In this document: positions 36,003-48,560 of the stretch, one piece after another
How positions within the stretch are numbered: the stretch's first letter is position 1
Layout: the number at the start of each line of letters is the position of its first letter
Assembly: GCF_009914755.1 (NCBI RefSeq)
Contig: NC_060931.1
Direction: 5' to 3' (one strand)
Source of the DNA: the human T2T-CHM13v2.0 reference genome, Homo sapiens
DNA length: 64,000 nucleotides
Program-made: the position numbers and the translations under genes
Notes under the pieces: model-generated
Told to the model about the DNA's origin: nothing
Databases searched by the model: none
What the model saw: only the letters and a program-made list of their open reading frames with translations

Positions 36003-38259
36003 AAACATCTTATGTTTTAATATGTGTGTTTTCATTTTCATTATTTTCTAGTTTTTATTGTAGTTTCTTCTTTGACCAATGAGTGTTTGGTAGTGTGTAG
36101 TTTAATTTCCATATATTTGTGGATTTTGCAGTTCTCCTTTGATTTTGATTTGTAGCTTCATTCTACTTGGTCAGAAAAGATACTGTGTATGATTTCAACT
36201 TTTTAAAATTTATTCACTTGTTTTGTGGCTTAACATATCATCTATCCTGAAGAATCTTCCATGTGCCCTTGAGAAAAATATGTATTCTGCTGTTATTGGG
36301 TAAAATGTTCTATATACACATGTTAGGTCTAGTTGGCTTATTCAAGTCTTTTATTTTGTGACTTATCTTCTGTCTAGATATTCTATTCATTTTTGAAAGT
36401 AAGTATTGGAGTCTCCAACTATTATTGTACAACTATTTATCTGCCTTTAATTCTGTCAATATTTGCTTGAAACATTTTGGGTCTCTGTTGTTTGGTGCAT
36501 GTATGTTTATAATTATGATAACTTTTTGATGATATATATATTTATCTATATATCAATATATAATGTCCTTCTTTGTCATTACAACAGATTTTGACTTGAA
36601 GTTTTTTGCCTAATATTAGTATAGCCTCCTTGGCTCTCTTTTGGTTACTATTTGGATGTAATATCTTTTCCATTCTTTCACTTTCTACCTATTTGTGTCG
36701 TTAAATCTAAAGTGAATCTCTTACAGACAGCATTTATCCATTCTGCCCATCTCTGCCTTTGAGTGAATAGTTTAATCCATTTATATCTAAAATAATTACT
36801 CATAATGAAGTATTTCTGCCATTTTGATACTTGTTTTCTGTATGTCATACTTTTTTCCTCTCTTATTTTCTCCATTATTGCCTTCTTTTATGTTTAGTTG
36901 ATTTTTTTGTAGTGAACCATTTTGATTCGCTTCTCATTTCCTTTTGTATATATCTTTTAGATATTTTCTTTGTGGTTACCATAGCAATTACGTTTAATGC
37001 CCTAAATTTAAGGCAATATATTTTGCATTGATACCAACTTAACTTCAAAAACATTTAAAAACTATACTACTATACATCTTTATCTTCCCCCTTTATATTG
37101 TTAATGTCTTTTTACATCTTTAACATTGTGTCCCCAACAGGAGATTTATTATTTTTATATATGTGTTTGTTAAATCTTATTAAAAATAAAAGGTAGAGTT
37201 ACAAACAAAAATTAAATAGTACTTGTTCTTATATTTGCCCTACCTTTACTGTAGGCCTTTATTTTCTTAACATGGCTTTGAATTGCTGGCTAGTGTCTTT
37301 TCATTTCAACTTGAAAGACTTCCTTTGCATTTCTTGTTGGAAGGAAACGTTGAACTCAACTTTTGTTTATCTGAATATATCCTAACTTTTCCATCATTTT
37401 GAAGGACAGTTTTGCTAGATATAAAATTTCAGTTAATAGGTTTCATTTTCTTTCACCCACTTAAATATGTCACTCCACTGTCTTCTGGCTTCCATGTTTT
37501 CTGATAAGAAACTGGCCTTTAATTTTAATGAGGATTCCTTATATGTGATGAGTTACTTTTTTCTTGTTTGCTGCTTTCAAGATTCTCTCTCTACCTCTGG
37601 CTTTTGATGGGTTGGTTAAAATATCTTAAGTGTGGGTCTTTTTGAGTTTATCCAGCTTGGAGTTCATTCAGTTTCTTGGATTTGTAGGTTACTATATTTA
37701 ATAAAATTTTGGAAGTTTCTGGCTATAATTTTTCAAATATTATTTCTGCCCCTCTCTTTGTCATCTAAAACTCCCAAAACACATATGCTGGTCCTCTTGA
37801 TGATGACGCACAGGTCCCTTCATCTCTGTAAACTCTAAAAAAAAAATTAACAGACTTTATTTTTAATGCCATTTTAGGTTTACAGTGAAATGCAGCAGAG
37901 TTACAGAGAATTCCCATATATTCCTTACTCTCACACAAATACAGCCTCCCCCACTATCAACATCTCACACCAGAGTGGTACATTTGTTACTATCAATGAA
38001 CCAACAGTGACACATCATTATCAAGCAAAGTCCATAATTTACATTAGAGTTCACTCATGGTGTTATACATTCTGTAAGTTTTGACCAATGTATAATGAAA
38101 TGTATCTACCATTATAGTATCATAAAGAATAGTTTCCCTGCCATAAAAGTCTCCTATGCTCCACCTATTCATCATTCCTTCCCCTCATCTGATTGGAATC
38201 ATGCAGTCTGCAACCGTTCCAGATTAGCTTCTTTCACTTAGCAATATGCACTTAAGGTT

Positions 38260-38680
38260 TGATATAGTTTGGATATTTCTCTTTGCCTGAATCTCATGTT
38301 GAAATGTAATCCCCAATGTTGGAGGTGGGACCTGGTGGGAGCTGTTTGGACCATGGAAGCAGATCCTTCATGAATGGCCATCCCCTTGGTAATAAGTGAG
38401 TTCTTGCTCTGGTTCACATGAGATCTGGTCATTTAAAAGTGTGTGGCATCACCCCTCCACCTCTGTCTCTTGTTCCTGCTCTGGCCATGTGATGTGCTTG
38501 CTCTCCCTTCACCTTCTGCCATGATTGCAAGCTTCCTGAGGATTCCCTGGAAGCCAAGCAGAAGCCAGCATCATGCTTCCTGTAAAGACTGCAGAACCAT
38601 GAGCCAGTTAAACCTCTTTTCTTTATAAATTACCCAGTCTTGGGTATTTCTCTATAGCAATGCAAGAATGGATTAACACA
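38260..38680 (+). mobile_element. MST (MSTA/B) solo LTR
   Basis: TG...CA termini; 5-bp TSD AGGTT at 38255-38259 and 38681-38685. Confidence 0.9.
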
Positions 38681-38782
38681 AGGTTCAACCATGTGTTTTT
38701 TTGGCCTGATAGCTTATGTCTTTTTAGCATTGAATAGTATTCCATTGTCTGTGTGTACCACAGTTTATTTATCCATTTACCT

Positions 38783-39475
38783 TGTATTAGTCTGTTTGGG
38801 CTGCTATAACAAAATAGTACAGACTGGACTGGGCACAATGGCTCATGCCTGTAATCCCAGCACTTTGGGAGGCCAAGGCAGCAGATTACTTAAGCTCAGG
38901 AGTTGAAGACCAGTCTGCGCAACATGGTGAAACCCTATTTCTATAAAAAATACAAAAAATTAGCTGGGCATGGTGGTGCATGCCTCTGGTCCCTGTTACT
39001 CGGGAGGCTGAGACAGGAGGATCACTTAAGCCTGGGCGGTGGAGGTTGCAGTGATCCTGCCGAGATCATGCCACTGCACTCCAACCTGGGTTCCAGAGCA
39101 AGACTCCATCTCAAATTTTTTTAAAATAGGAAAAAAATAATATAGATTGAGTGGCTTAAACAACAGAAATTTACTTTCTCACAGTTCTGGAGGCTGGAAA
39201 TCCATGACAACAGTGCTGCCAAATTCACTTTCTGGTGAGGGTTCTTTTCCTGGCTTTATAGGCAGCCGTCTTTTTTTTTTATGTCCCCACACGGCCTTTC
39301 CTCGTGTATGCTGAGAGACAGAAAGAGAGAGTGCTCTGGTATCTCTTCTTGAGAACACTAATCTTACCAGATCAGGGCTCCACCCTTAACTTGCACTACT
39401 TCCTTAGAGACCCCATCTCCAAATACAGCCACACTAGGTGTTAGGGCTTCAGCATAGGAATTCTGAAGGGTACAT
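38783..39475 (-). mobile_element. MLT1A-type LTR interrupted by an AluJ (38826-39133, + strand)
   Basis: 'tgtattagtctgtttgggctgctataacaaaata' resumes as 'gagtggcttaaacaacagaaattta' after the Alu; degenerate TSD aaaatagtacagact / aaaataatatagatt. Confidence 0.85.
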
Positions 39476-39664
39476 AAAAGCGCATCTTGGTTACTTTCAA
39501 GTTCTGGCAATTATTAATAAAGCTGCTGTAAACATTCAAATGCAGGTTTTTGTGTGGACATAAGTTTCACCTGATCTGGGTAAATAACAACGAGCCCAAC
39601 TGCTGGATTGCATAGTAAGAGTATATTTAGTTTTGTAAGAAAACTGCCTTTCAACATGCCTACA

Positions 39665-39805
39665 CTGAACCAGGTGTGGTGGCCCATGCCTGTAATCCTA
39701 GCACTTTGGGAAGCTGAGGTGGGAGGATTACAAGCTCAGGAATTCAAGACCAGCCCGGGCAACATAGTGAGAACTCATCTCTAGTTAAAAAAGAAAAAAA
39801 AAAAG
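39665..39805 (+). mobile_element. FLAM monomer
   Basis: Left-monomer-only Alu sequence with poly-A. Confidence 0.8.
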
Positions 39806-40876
39806 TAGCTATACCATTTGCATTCCAACAACAAATGAAAATTTCTTCATTCTTTTTCCTTTCTGCTCCTCAGCCTCAGTAATTTCAGTGGTCTTATCTT
39901 CAAGTTCACTGACTCTTCTGCTTGCTCAGTTCTGTTGCTGAAGCCACTTAGATTTTTTTATTTTTATTTTTCAGCTTCAGAATTTCTGTTTGGTTCCTTT
40001 TCATAACTACTATCTCTTTGTTGATATTCTCATCTTGTTCATACATCATTTTCCTGGCTTCCTTTAGTTCACTGTCAATGTTTTCATTTCCATGTTTAGC
40101 ATTTTGAGCATATTTAAGACAATTGTTTTAAAGTTTTTGTTTAGTAATTCCAATGTCTGGACTTCCTCAGGGACAGTTTCTATCCATTTATTTTGTTCCT
40201 TTGAATGAGCCATACTTTCTTGTTTCTTTGTATGCTTTGTGATTTTTGTGTGTGAGCTTGAAAAGTGGACATTTGGCTCCTATGATGTGGTAACTAGAAA
40301 TTAGATTTTCTTCACTTTCCTAGGGGGGTTTGCTGTTTTCTGGTTCTTGAAGGCTGTAGCAGTCAGTTTATTTGATGCCTGTCTCAAACTATTATTTCAA
40401 AGACTGTATTCCTTGTCAATATGGTCATGGAAGACTCTGTCCCTTAGCCTGTGTTCAGCTAGTGTTTTGGCAGATTTCCTCGAATGCCAGAAGCTCTCAC
40501 AGTCTTTGCAAAGTGGCTCTAAGCCAGGGCTCTACTTCAATTCTTAGTTAGCCTTGCACTGTGCTAAGGGATCAGCCCAAAATGAAAGCTTAGGGTTTTC
40601 TCAGGTGTTTTCTAAGCAAGTGTTTTGCCCTGGGCATGTGCATGGCTTTCTAAATTCCCACGTATATATGGTTGCTTTTGAATATTTTAATTTCCCAAAG
40701 AAACTCTCTCCAGATTTTGCCTTAGGCAGTCTATTGCATGTTTCAACTGTAATCTCTGCCTCCAGGTGTCTAGGGTTATTACTTCAGTTTGCTGTGTTTT
40801 CCAGCTTTTTCTGCCCTAGGTTCTGAGTTAGCAAAACAGAGGAGAGGATCTTGCATCAATCCTTCAGGTAGCCCCT

Positions 40877-41375
40877 TGTATTAGTCTGCTTGGGCTACTG
40901 TAACAAAATACCACAAACTGAATAGCTTAAACAACATAAATTTATTTTTCACACTTTTGGAGGCTAGCAAGTCCAAGATCCACATTCTGGCTGACTTGGT
41001 TTCTGCTGAGGGCTTTTTTTTTTCTGGTTTATAGATGATAGGCTTCTCTCTGTGTCCTTACATAATGGGGAGAGAGAACTCTTCCTCTTCTTGGAAGGGC
41101 ACCAGGTCTATTGGATAAAAGGCCCTACCTTTATCCCCTCATTTTACCTTTATTACCTCTGTAAAACCCCAAAAGGATAGGGTTGGGGGGCTTTCCAAAC
41201 ACATAGAGGTTCCCAGAGGTTTGTATGCCTGGAGACAGCATGGAAGCTACATGCCATTTCTTCCATACCTTACATTATACATCTCTTCTATCTGGCTATT
41301 CATCTGTATCCATTATAATAAGTGAGTAAACATAGGTAAAGTATTTGCCCAAGTTCTGTGAGCCATTTCAGCAAA
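40877..41375. mobile_element. MLT1A LTR fragment (minus strand, to ~41160) abutting a MER21-like LTR fragment
   Basis: 'tgtattagtctgcttgggctactgtaacaaaataccacaaactg'; then 'gacagcatggaagct...gttctgtgagccatt'. Confidence 0.7.
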
Positions 41376-43188
41376 ATGGGAATTTGTGGAAAAAGGTCGA
41401 GGAAGGAGATGCTTCTCTATGGAGGATGAATAGAAACAAGAAAAGGTATCTACTATAGGTCCACCTTTAGATTTAGAAATACAACTTGAAATAAGAAAAA
41501 AAAAATGCCACATTATGCAGCTACACAATTTGTAAGTCAATTAGTTCTTTTCAATAACAGATGCAACATATACATTTATAAATAATTTACTCCTTTGGGA
41601 TTTCAAACTAAAGAAACTTCAACTATTTCACTTACAACAAATGTTTCTGCTTCTGTTTCTCATCAATTGAGAAAACAATTAAGGAACACTCCTGATTCTT
41701 ATTCCAGGGAACTAGAGGAACAAAGAGTAACCCCAGGGATTCTAGCCTCGTAAGCTGAGAATATTTTTCTAGATGACACAAGTTCCTCAGTGCACACGTG
41801 ACAGTCTCTGCTTTCAAGCTAATATGCTGTGAGTCACACTGAGTCCTCTTCCCTCGAGGTTAAATGTATTTCCTAGACTTTTTTTCTTTATTTCTTCCTC
41901 TGCTCTATTCTCCATCTTAACCCTATTCCTCTGTCAGTCAATTCAGAAAACAACACCAGCCATTCCAATTGTCTCAAAATCTTGGTAAATTTTGTAAAGA
42001 TGTAGCTACAAGGAATAAAAACTGTTTAGAAAATGTTCTCTTAGGTTATACAGGGTGGCATTGTCAGGTATTTTCAATAGGAGACGAGAAGCTCTGTCTA
42101 AAAGCACAATGTTGCCAGAAGGATTTCCCTGATCTTTGTTTCCTGGTGTCCATTTTTCACTTACTCCCTAATTTAACATAGGAAATGAGGTGCAAGAAGC
42201 TCTGTCCCTTTCTTCCCCCTAGAGTTCTTCTTTTTCTTACTCAGGGATCATCCACAACAACAAACAGTCTGATATCTAATTAGGCCAGTAGTTTCAACTG
42301 ATTTGGGCTCACAGCTGAATAGCTGAAAGCAAGAAAAAACCATACAATTAAATTAGGGACCTTGTATTTAAGGCCATTCATCCACTACATAATCAGGACT
42401 TGAGTCTCACACTAAGGCTCTGTCTTACTCATTCTAACATATTTACCTCTCAGGTTAGTCATGCCACAAAAATGTGCATTGTTAATAATTGCCTCATCTC
42501 TACCTTTGATGTTCCAGTATATAAAGCCTTCCCCTGTGTGCCCTAAGTTCTGCCCTCTGAAAGAGAAAGACATGTTTTCTGCCATTTATTTTCTTGCTAT
42601 TGGGTGCAATTTTGCTCTAGGATGAACTCATAAACTCAAATAACCGGTTATATATATGTTTGTTATTAAGTTTGTTTAAGTACCTCTGTCACAACAAAGA
42701 GGAGCAGATATACTCAGCCACAGTTACAAATTAATTCATGAAAAAGAAAAAGGAGCCAGTGATAATTATGCATTCTTTTAAAAGAGTAATAAATTTTCAA
42801 CAGGCTCATAAAATGAGACCTGACATATAAGCTACCATTCTGCCATACTCTTAAATCCAAACTGCTTGCTATGAATGATGCTACTATTTTATACAGTACA
42901 CAGTAAAATCAGTAAATAAGTTGTCACTTCCTGAAAGGTCTCCATGGTATTCATGTAAAATACTTAATGCTTAATTGCTTAAACATCAGGTAGACCTCAT
43001 CAGCCTAATTTAATTAAAAGAATGCTAATGCTTTATATGTAAAGCATATTTACATATAATCTCATTGACTGCCTTTTGGGGTACATTGGGATAATTTTCC
43101 CCAGTTAGTGGATAGGGAAATTGAGATTCAGAAGGGTTAGGTGACTTACTACAGGTCATCCAGCTAATCAGTGATAAAACTGGGGGCA

Positions 43189-43726
43189 CTGAAAGATAAG
43201 TACCTGGATTGGGCTTACCAAAGTGGTGGCTACAAAAAGGCTGGAGCTGTGTTTAAAAGTTTACAGGAGAGCCATCCATTTTTAGTTGACTTTTTTAGGA
43301 AATGATCCAGTTTGAAAAGGAGCAAGAATGCAGGAATTCTGCAACAGAGGGCTTTGAGAGAATTTAGATCTGTAGATTCTGATCTTTGGATAGATTACAT
43401 CAAAGCAGAATTGAACCGCCCCCTTGGTAGACCTGAGAAATGTAGACAGACCTGTTGGCGAGCCATGAAAATGTTGCAGAGAGAGTCATCAGAGGCATCT
43501 GTAGCTAAACATGCTATGCATCAGACTGGTCATTTGTGAAGAGAAATAATACAGCCAACTTTGTGAAATAGTATTGCAAGCCCTCTGGGCAAATTTGTAT
43601 TATGAGTCAATCTGTAATTTGCTTGGAGATGGCAGACAAGATGGCTGTCTGGTTTCAAGACATGGTTTAATTTTGTGTTAACTCATTAATTTTTAAAAAA
43701 TTAAAAAAAATTGATTGAGGAAAAAC
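43189..43726 (+). pseudogene. UTP6: 5'-truncated processed pseudogene of UTP6 (C-terminal CDS, 3'UTR and A-rich tail), inserted in a MIR
   Basis: Translates LKDKYLDWAYQSGGYKKAGAVFKSLQESHPFLVDFFRK, then a frameshift, then ...RALREFRSVDSDLWIDYIKAELNRPLGRPE...AKHAMHQTGHL* (stop 43537-43539), matching the UTP6 C-terminus. Intronless; TSD aactgggggca at 43178-43188 and 43727-43737. Confidence 0.92.
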
Positions 43727-44015
43727 AACTGGGGGCAGAATTCAAGTTTCAAGGATTCCGTTGTTCTATTCACCATGTTACTTCCACAACTGGCAAAGTT
43801 TAGCTCTCAGTAAGATTCACACTACATCTCTCTATAAGAGATCAAAAAACCCTTAGATAATACAGGTGTCAGGGAGCAAAGATAATCCTAACATTGTATG
43901 CTACCTACTAAAGTGAAAAAGATATACTTCATTCAATTATTTATTCATTCAAACAACAAATAATTGAACACCTGCATGTGTGCCAGGCATTGTGCTAGGC
44001 TCTATTATATCCAGC

Positions 44016-44584
44016 TGTATGAGTTACCTATTGTTGTATAACAAACTATCCCAAAACTTAGTGGCTTAAAACAACAATCATTTAAACATTTAGTATCTCA
44101 CTGTTTCTGTGGCCTAGGAATTCAGGAGCACCTTAGCTGAATGGTTCTGTCTCAGGGTCTCTTTCTAGGTTACAGTCAAGATGTTGACCATGATGCATGC
44201 AATCATTTGAAGGCCTGAAGGGTTGGAGGATCTGCTTCCAAGCTCACTCACATGGCTCTTGTCAGAAGGCCTCAATACCTCACCGGTTGTTGGCTAGAAG
44301 CCTTAATTACTCACCATGTGAGCCTCCTTATAAGTTGCCTGAGTGACCTTATGACTCTGACATAACAGCTACCTGGCCCCAACAAGTAATCCTAGAGAAA
44401 GAATAAAAAGTCTGGCATGTTTTATAGTCTCCCCTCAGAAGTCACATTACATCATTTCCACTACATTCTATTCATGAGAACAAGTCATTTAATACAGTCC
44501 AAACTCAAGGTGAGGGGAATGAAGTTTGACCCTTTGAAGGAAGAAGTATCAAATAATTTGTGAACATATTTTAATACTACCATA
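44016..44584 (-). mobile_element. MLT1F-like LTR
   Basis: 'ataacaaactatcccaaaacttagtggcttaaaacaac...ggaggatctgcttccaagctcactcacatggct'. Confidence 0.8.
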
Positions 44585-44814
44585 TGAGTTAATAAAATTT
44601 AATACACGAAATTTAACTTAATTATTATAAACTGGTGTTAATATATTTGTAAAATGTAGGTATTTAAAGGGAAACTAAGTCTATTAAAGAAGACAATGTT
44701 TTAATGTTGTTGCTAGCTTGTTTGCATTTTCTGTCACCATTTTCACCTCATTCTGTCTATTAAAAAATTCTATATATAGTGCTAAATAAATGATGACTTG
44801 GCCTATCTTATTAT

Positions 44815-45315
44815 GTCAACTAAGAATTGCATTTGATACTTACAACAGACAATAACAAAATCTTATATAGAAGGGATATAATCTTCCTCACCTAACAACA
44901 AATCCAGAAGTGGATAGTCCAGACCTGGTAAGTTGGCCCTCCAAAGCAACCATGGACCTAGGCACCTCTGGTGTCCTACACTATTAATAGTGTCTGTGTG
45001 GCTTTTGTTATTATGGGTGAAATATGGCTGTTCTACCTCCAGTATCATGTCCCTGTTTCAGGTTCAAAAAAAAAAAAAAAAAAGGGATGGGTGCATATCA
45101 AATGGCTAAAGCGATATTTCTTCCATAAAGCTTTCCTTGAGTCTCCTCTACAGAAATTCACTTTTATTTAATTGATGGTCACATGGCCAGCCATGACTTA
45201 TGAAAGTCTAGGGGCATGAATATTTTTAACTGGCCACATTGTCACCCTGAAGAAATCAGAGTTCTACTAGTAAAGAAGAAAGGATTTTGGTTTAGACAAC
45301 TAGTAATGTCTACCG
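44815..45315 (-). mobile_element. Old MLT1 (I/J/K-type) LTR
   Basis: Degenerate MLT1 motifs ('ggtcacatggccagcc', 'ctagtaaagaagaaaagg'). Confidence 0.55.
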
Positions 45316-45948
45316 ACCTACTCCAACGAGTTTTGACATGCATTATTAAACACTAGACACAAGAGAAACAACAATACTGAGGTTTATGTGTGTTTCAAGT
45401 ATGTTTCAAATGGGAGAATCTGGTCAGTTTTGAGTCCCACATATAAAGTATATTTTTCAAAGTAACCACAATTTTTATTCTCTAATTGAAAATGTCGAAG
45501 AATTGGCTGACATTAATGTCACTTCTAGGAATGTGTTCAAGGAGATAATTGCACAATTGTGCAAAAGCCTATGGATAAGAATGTTCATCAGAGACTTTTT
45601 TTATGGTAGTAAAAACTTGGAAACATAAATGTCAATCAATAGAATACTGGTTGGATAAATGATGGTATATCCATTTAACAGACAGTATGCAACTTTTAAA
45701 AATGATGTTATTCATGACTGTTGTTCACTGTGCAGATAATACGATCCAATTTATGAAATATTGTATTTATATGTCTATATGTGCTTTTATTCTTAGAGAG
45801 ATGCCTAGAAGAATGTAACACAAAATTTAAGAAATGGTTATCTCTATATTATGGTATTTGGACAGATTTTAACTTCTTTGCATTTTTGTTTAAATTTTTT
45901 AAATTTGTTTGCATAAGCATGTATTGTTTTTATAAAACAATAGTTATT

Positions 45949-46130
45949 AGCTGGGTGCCACAGCCTGTGCCTGTAATCCCAACTACTGGGGAGGCTAAGG
46001 CGGGAAGATTGCTTCAGCCTTCAGCCCAGTTATTCGAGGCTGTTGTGTGCCAAGATCACACCTGTGAATAGCCACTGCATTCCAGCCTGGGCAACATAGA
46101 AAGACCATATCTCTTCAAAAAAAAAAAAAA
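45949..46130 (+). mobile_element. FAM (fossil Alu monomer)
   Basis: Monomer containing the 7SL-derived 'cctgtgaatagccactgcattccagcc' with poly-A. Confidence 0.8.
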
Positions 46131-46397
46131 GCTATTTTCAAAGAAAGGCAGGGTGGGGGCAGGGCTGATTTGGTCCAGTATTGTTTCTAGCAAGTAATTT
46201 TCCAGGATAAGGCTGTGGCTGACCTTATTTTAGGAAAGGGTTCTAATCTTTGCTCAATGGAAAAAAGTGTTATTCTTTATTAATTATAACTTTTAATAAA
46301 ATTAAAACGAGATAAGGAGTTGTGAGTTTTGGTTTCTATTTGGAACACTGACCCCTGAAAGAGTTCTCCTTCCATGTTTCACAATGGATGGCAAGAC

Positions 46398-46476
46398 ATT
46401 GCGGAAAGGTGGAAGGATGTTGCGGAAAGGTGGAAGGATATTGCGGAAAGGTGGAAGGATATTGCGGAAAGGTGGA
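46398..46476. repeat. 21-bp minisatellite, ~3.8 copies (ATTGCGGAAAGGTGGAAGGAT)
   Basis: Units start at 46398, 46419, 46440 and 46461; one substitution among the first three copies. Confidence 0.97.
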
Positions 46477-47599
46477 GGGGGAGGAGGCTGAGCAACAACT
46501 GTATACAAGTTGGGGAGGAGTAGAGAATGGACGTAATCATGTAAGGCAGAGAAGTCTGGACCCATGAGCCAAGGAAAGAGCAATAACCTGGACATCAGGA
46601 TAGCTGCACTTCTCTTCTAACATGGACCTATCAGTTTATCTTTCTGGCCTTAGTTTTGTCATCTGAAAAATGAGACATCTGTATTAGAATCACTACATGT
46701 GCTTTATGTTTCACAATTCTTTTGGATATATTGATGCAATGTCCTGAGAAACTACACTACAGCTGAACCTAAGCAAATTAAAGGAAAAATAACAATAACT
46801 AATGTATATTATTATTTGTCTCAGGCATTCTAAGTAACTTGCCAATAGGTGGAGGGACCAAGATGCCAGCCCGGGCAGTCTGATTTCAGAGCCCATACTC
46901 TTTAACAACCATGCTGTAGAGTACTAAAGAACCGCTTGGATAGGGCATTTAAAGGAAGCAGGGTAGCTTTCCTATTCTGGAACGTGGTCTTGTAGATAAT
47001 GGTTAACGCCAGTAAAGACTAAACCTTACCCTCACCTCATGACTATTGTGGGGTTGCCTCAACAGGTGGCAGCCTCCTCCCCCTATTCCAAAGACAACTT
47101 CCTTATTCAGAGCCCAGCGAAAGGGGAGATAGGTTTTGTTACGCCCCTAAGAAGCTCTTCCGGCCATTGCCCCACAGAACCGAAGTGCTGACAGAACCAA
47201 AGACGAAATGTGCCTATAGAAAGCTTTCTGGTATCATTATCTCGGTTCTCAGCTCTTCCTGGTTCTCACATGATGACCCAGCACCCGTATGCATACTTCA
47301 TCTTATTACTTCCTTTTATTAAGCCCAGAGAGATACTGAGTAAAGAGAGCACGGGGAGAGAACAGAAAAACAAATGAACGGGTTAAGAGCAGGCTACAGG
47401 CCACAAGAGTCCTGCAGGGTTAGAGCCTGTACCTCAGACAAAGGTCCTTCAAGCATCCCCTTTCTCGCTCCCTATTGTTACCCTGCTTTCGTCCCGCTCA
47501 AGGTCTTGAAGCTAGTGCATAACCTTACAGCAGGATCAGAAATGCGGAGAGTAGCAGACACAAGCCGCAAGGGGGATACAACAAAATCTACTGCTCGTG

Positions 47600-48560
47600 C
47601 AAGATCCGACTTCCCAGACCCCTTCGCATTAGGGCGGAGCGTGCACCCGGCAGCCAATCCCCGCTTCCTCACGTCGCCGTATCCCCGCCCACCGCCCCTC
47701 CCGCTCCGCCCTTCCCTGGGGCTGGTGCGGCGGCGGAGACGTCAGCGCCAGGAGACTTCGGGTGGCGGCTGCGCCATAGGCGGGCCACGGCCTGGACGCG
47801 CTGCGGGGAGGGGCGGAGCGAGCGGGCGGGAGCGCGCGCTGGGCCCGCCTTGGCCGCCGCCGCTGTGCTGCCGCTGCCGGGGAATAATCTGGGCGGCAGC
47901 GGGCGGCCTCGGCTAGCGGCCACGAGCCACTTCTGCGGCTGCCCAGAGAAGCAAAGGTCACCAGTCCCAAGTCGTCCCCCTCTCCGCCCCCCAGGAGGGG
48001 CGAGAGGGAGCCGCAGCTGATGTCAGGTATGGCCGGCGGAGGCGCCCTCAGGCTACGGGTCCAAGGTCTCGTCTCCCCTCGCCCTCCCCCCTCTCCGGGT
48101 TGGTGGGGAAGCGTGGAGGATGGAACCAAACCCCGGGCGCGGCGGAACAGGTGTCTCGGGGTCAAAGCCGGGCTGGGGTCGTCCGGGCTCCTGAGGAAGG
48201 CGCGAGGACTTCCCGCTCCCGGAGCCTTAGCGATCTGCCACAGCGTTCGGCTGCGTACCCGGCCTCAATTTTGTGGACATGTACCCTCCTCTTCGTCGTG
48301 GGTCCTTCCCTTGTGCCCGCTCGCGCCCCTCTTCTGCTCGCGCGCTGCCTGGCGGCGCGGCGGGGCGCGCAGTGCGCCCGGACCGGACCACTTAGCGGTC
48401 CTGCCCCGCCGGGCCCTCCCAGTCCCTCCTCCCGGGCCCTCCCCGCCCCGCCGCAGACCTGTGGGTCCCGCCGGACTGGGCGCCCAGGTGTTGGGCACCT
48501 TCGCCGGGGAGCCACTCGGCTGCCGCGCCGCCTGAGCGCCCAGCGAGCGGGCTCCTTCCA
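47600..48560 (+). promoter_or_regulatory. CpG-island, TATA-less promoter
   Basis: Very high GC and CpG density. GC boxes at 47632, 47683, 47692 and 47811; CCAAT at 47654; CRE-like GACGTCA at 47738-47744; ZNF143-like TTCCCAGACCCCTTCGC at 47611-47627. Confidence 0.95.
47820..48026 (+). other. Probable first (mostly or wholly 5'UTR) exon of a host gene; TSS approximate
   Basis: Lies downstream of the GC-box cluster and ends at a strong donor CAG|GTATGG (48026/48027). The single ATG at 48020 is only 7 nt before the donor, and no coding exon is seen in the next 16 kb. I have only an unverified recollection that it resembles PPP2R3A exon 1, so no symbol is assigned. Confidence 0.75.

Larger units (their letters stand above)
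34055..40850 (-). mobile_element. Old L1MB-type LINE mosaic with nested younger elements
   Basis: 3'UTR from 34055; ORF2 remnant [16 protein letters not shown] (34958-35221); ORF1/5' remnants to ~40850; nested L1MC 3' end from ~37840. Confidence 0.8.

Noticed and set aside
46398-46476. CRISPR-like array
   Set aside because: Units are head-to-tail with no spacers, and the DNA is primate.
46302-46595. 97-aa ORF with a PPFRNIL heptad repeat
   Set aside because: Simply the translation of the 21-bp minisatellite; no splice or expression evidence.
47058-47073. CTCF-like motif ctcaacaggtggcagc
   Set aside because: Mismatches at core positions; cannot be supported without a PWM score or ChIP data.
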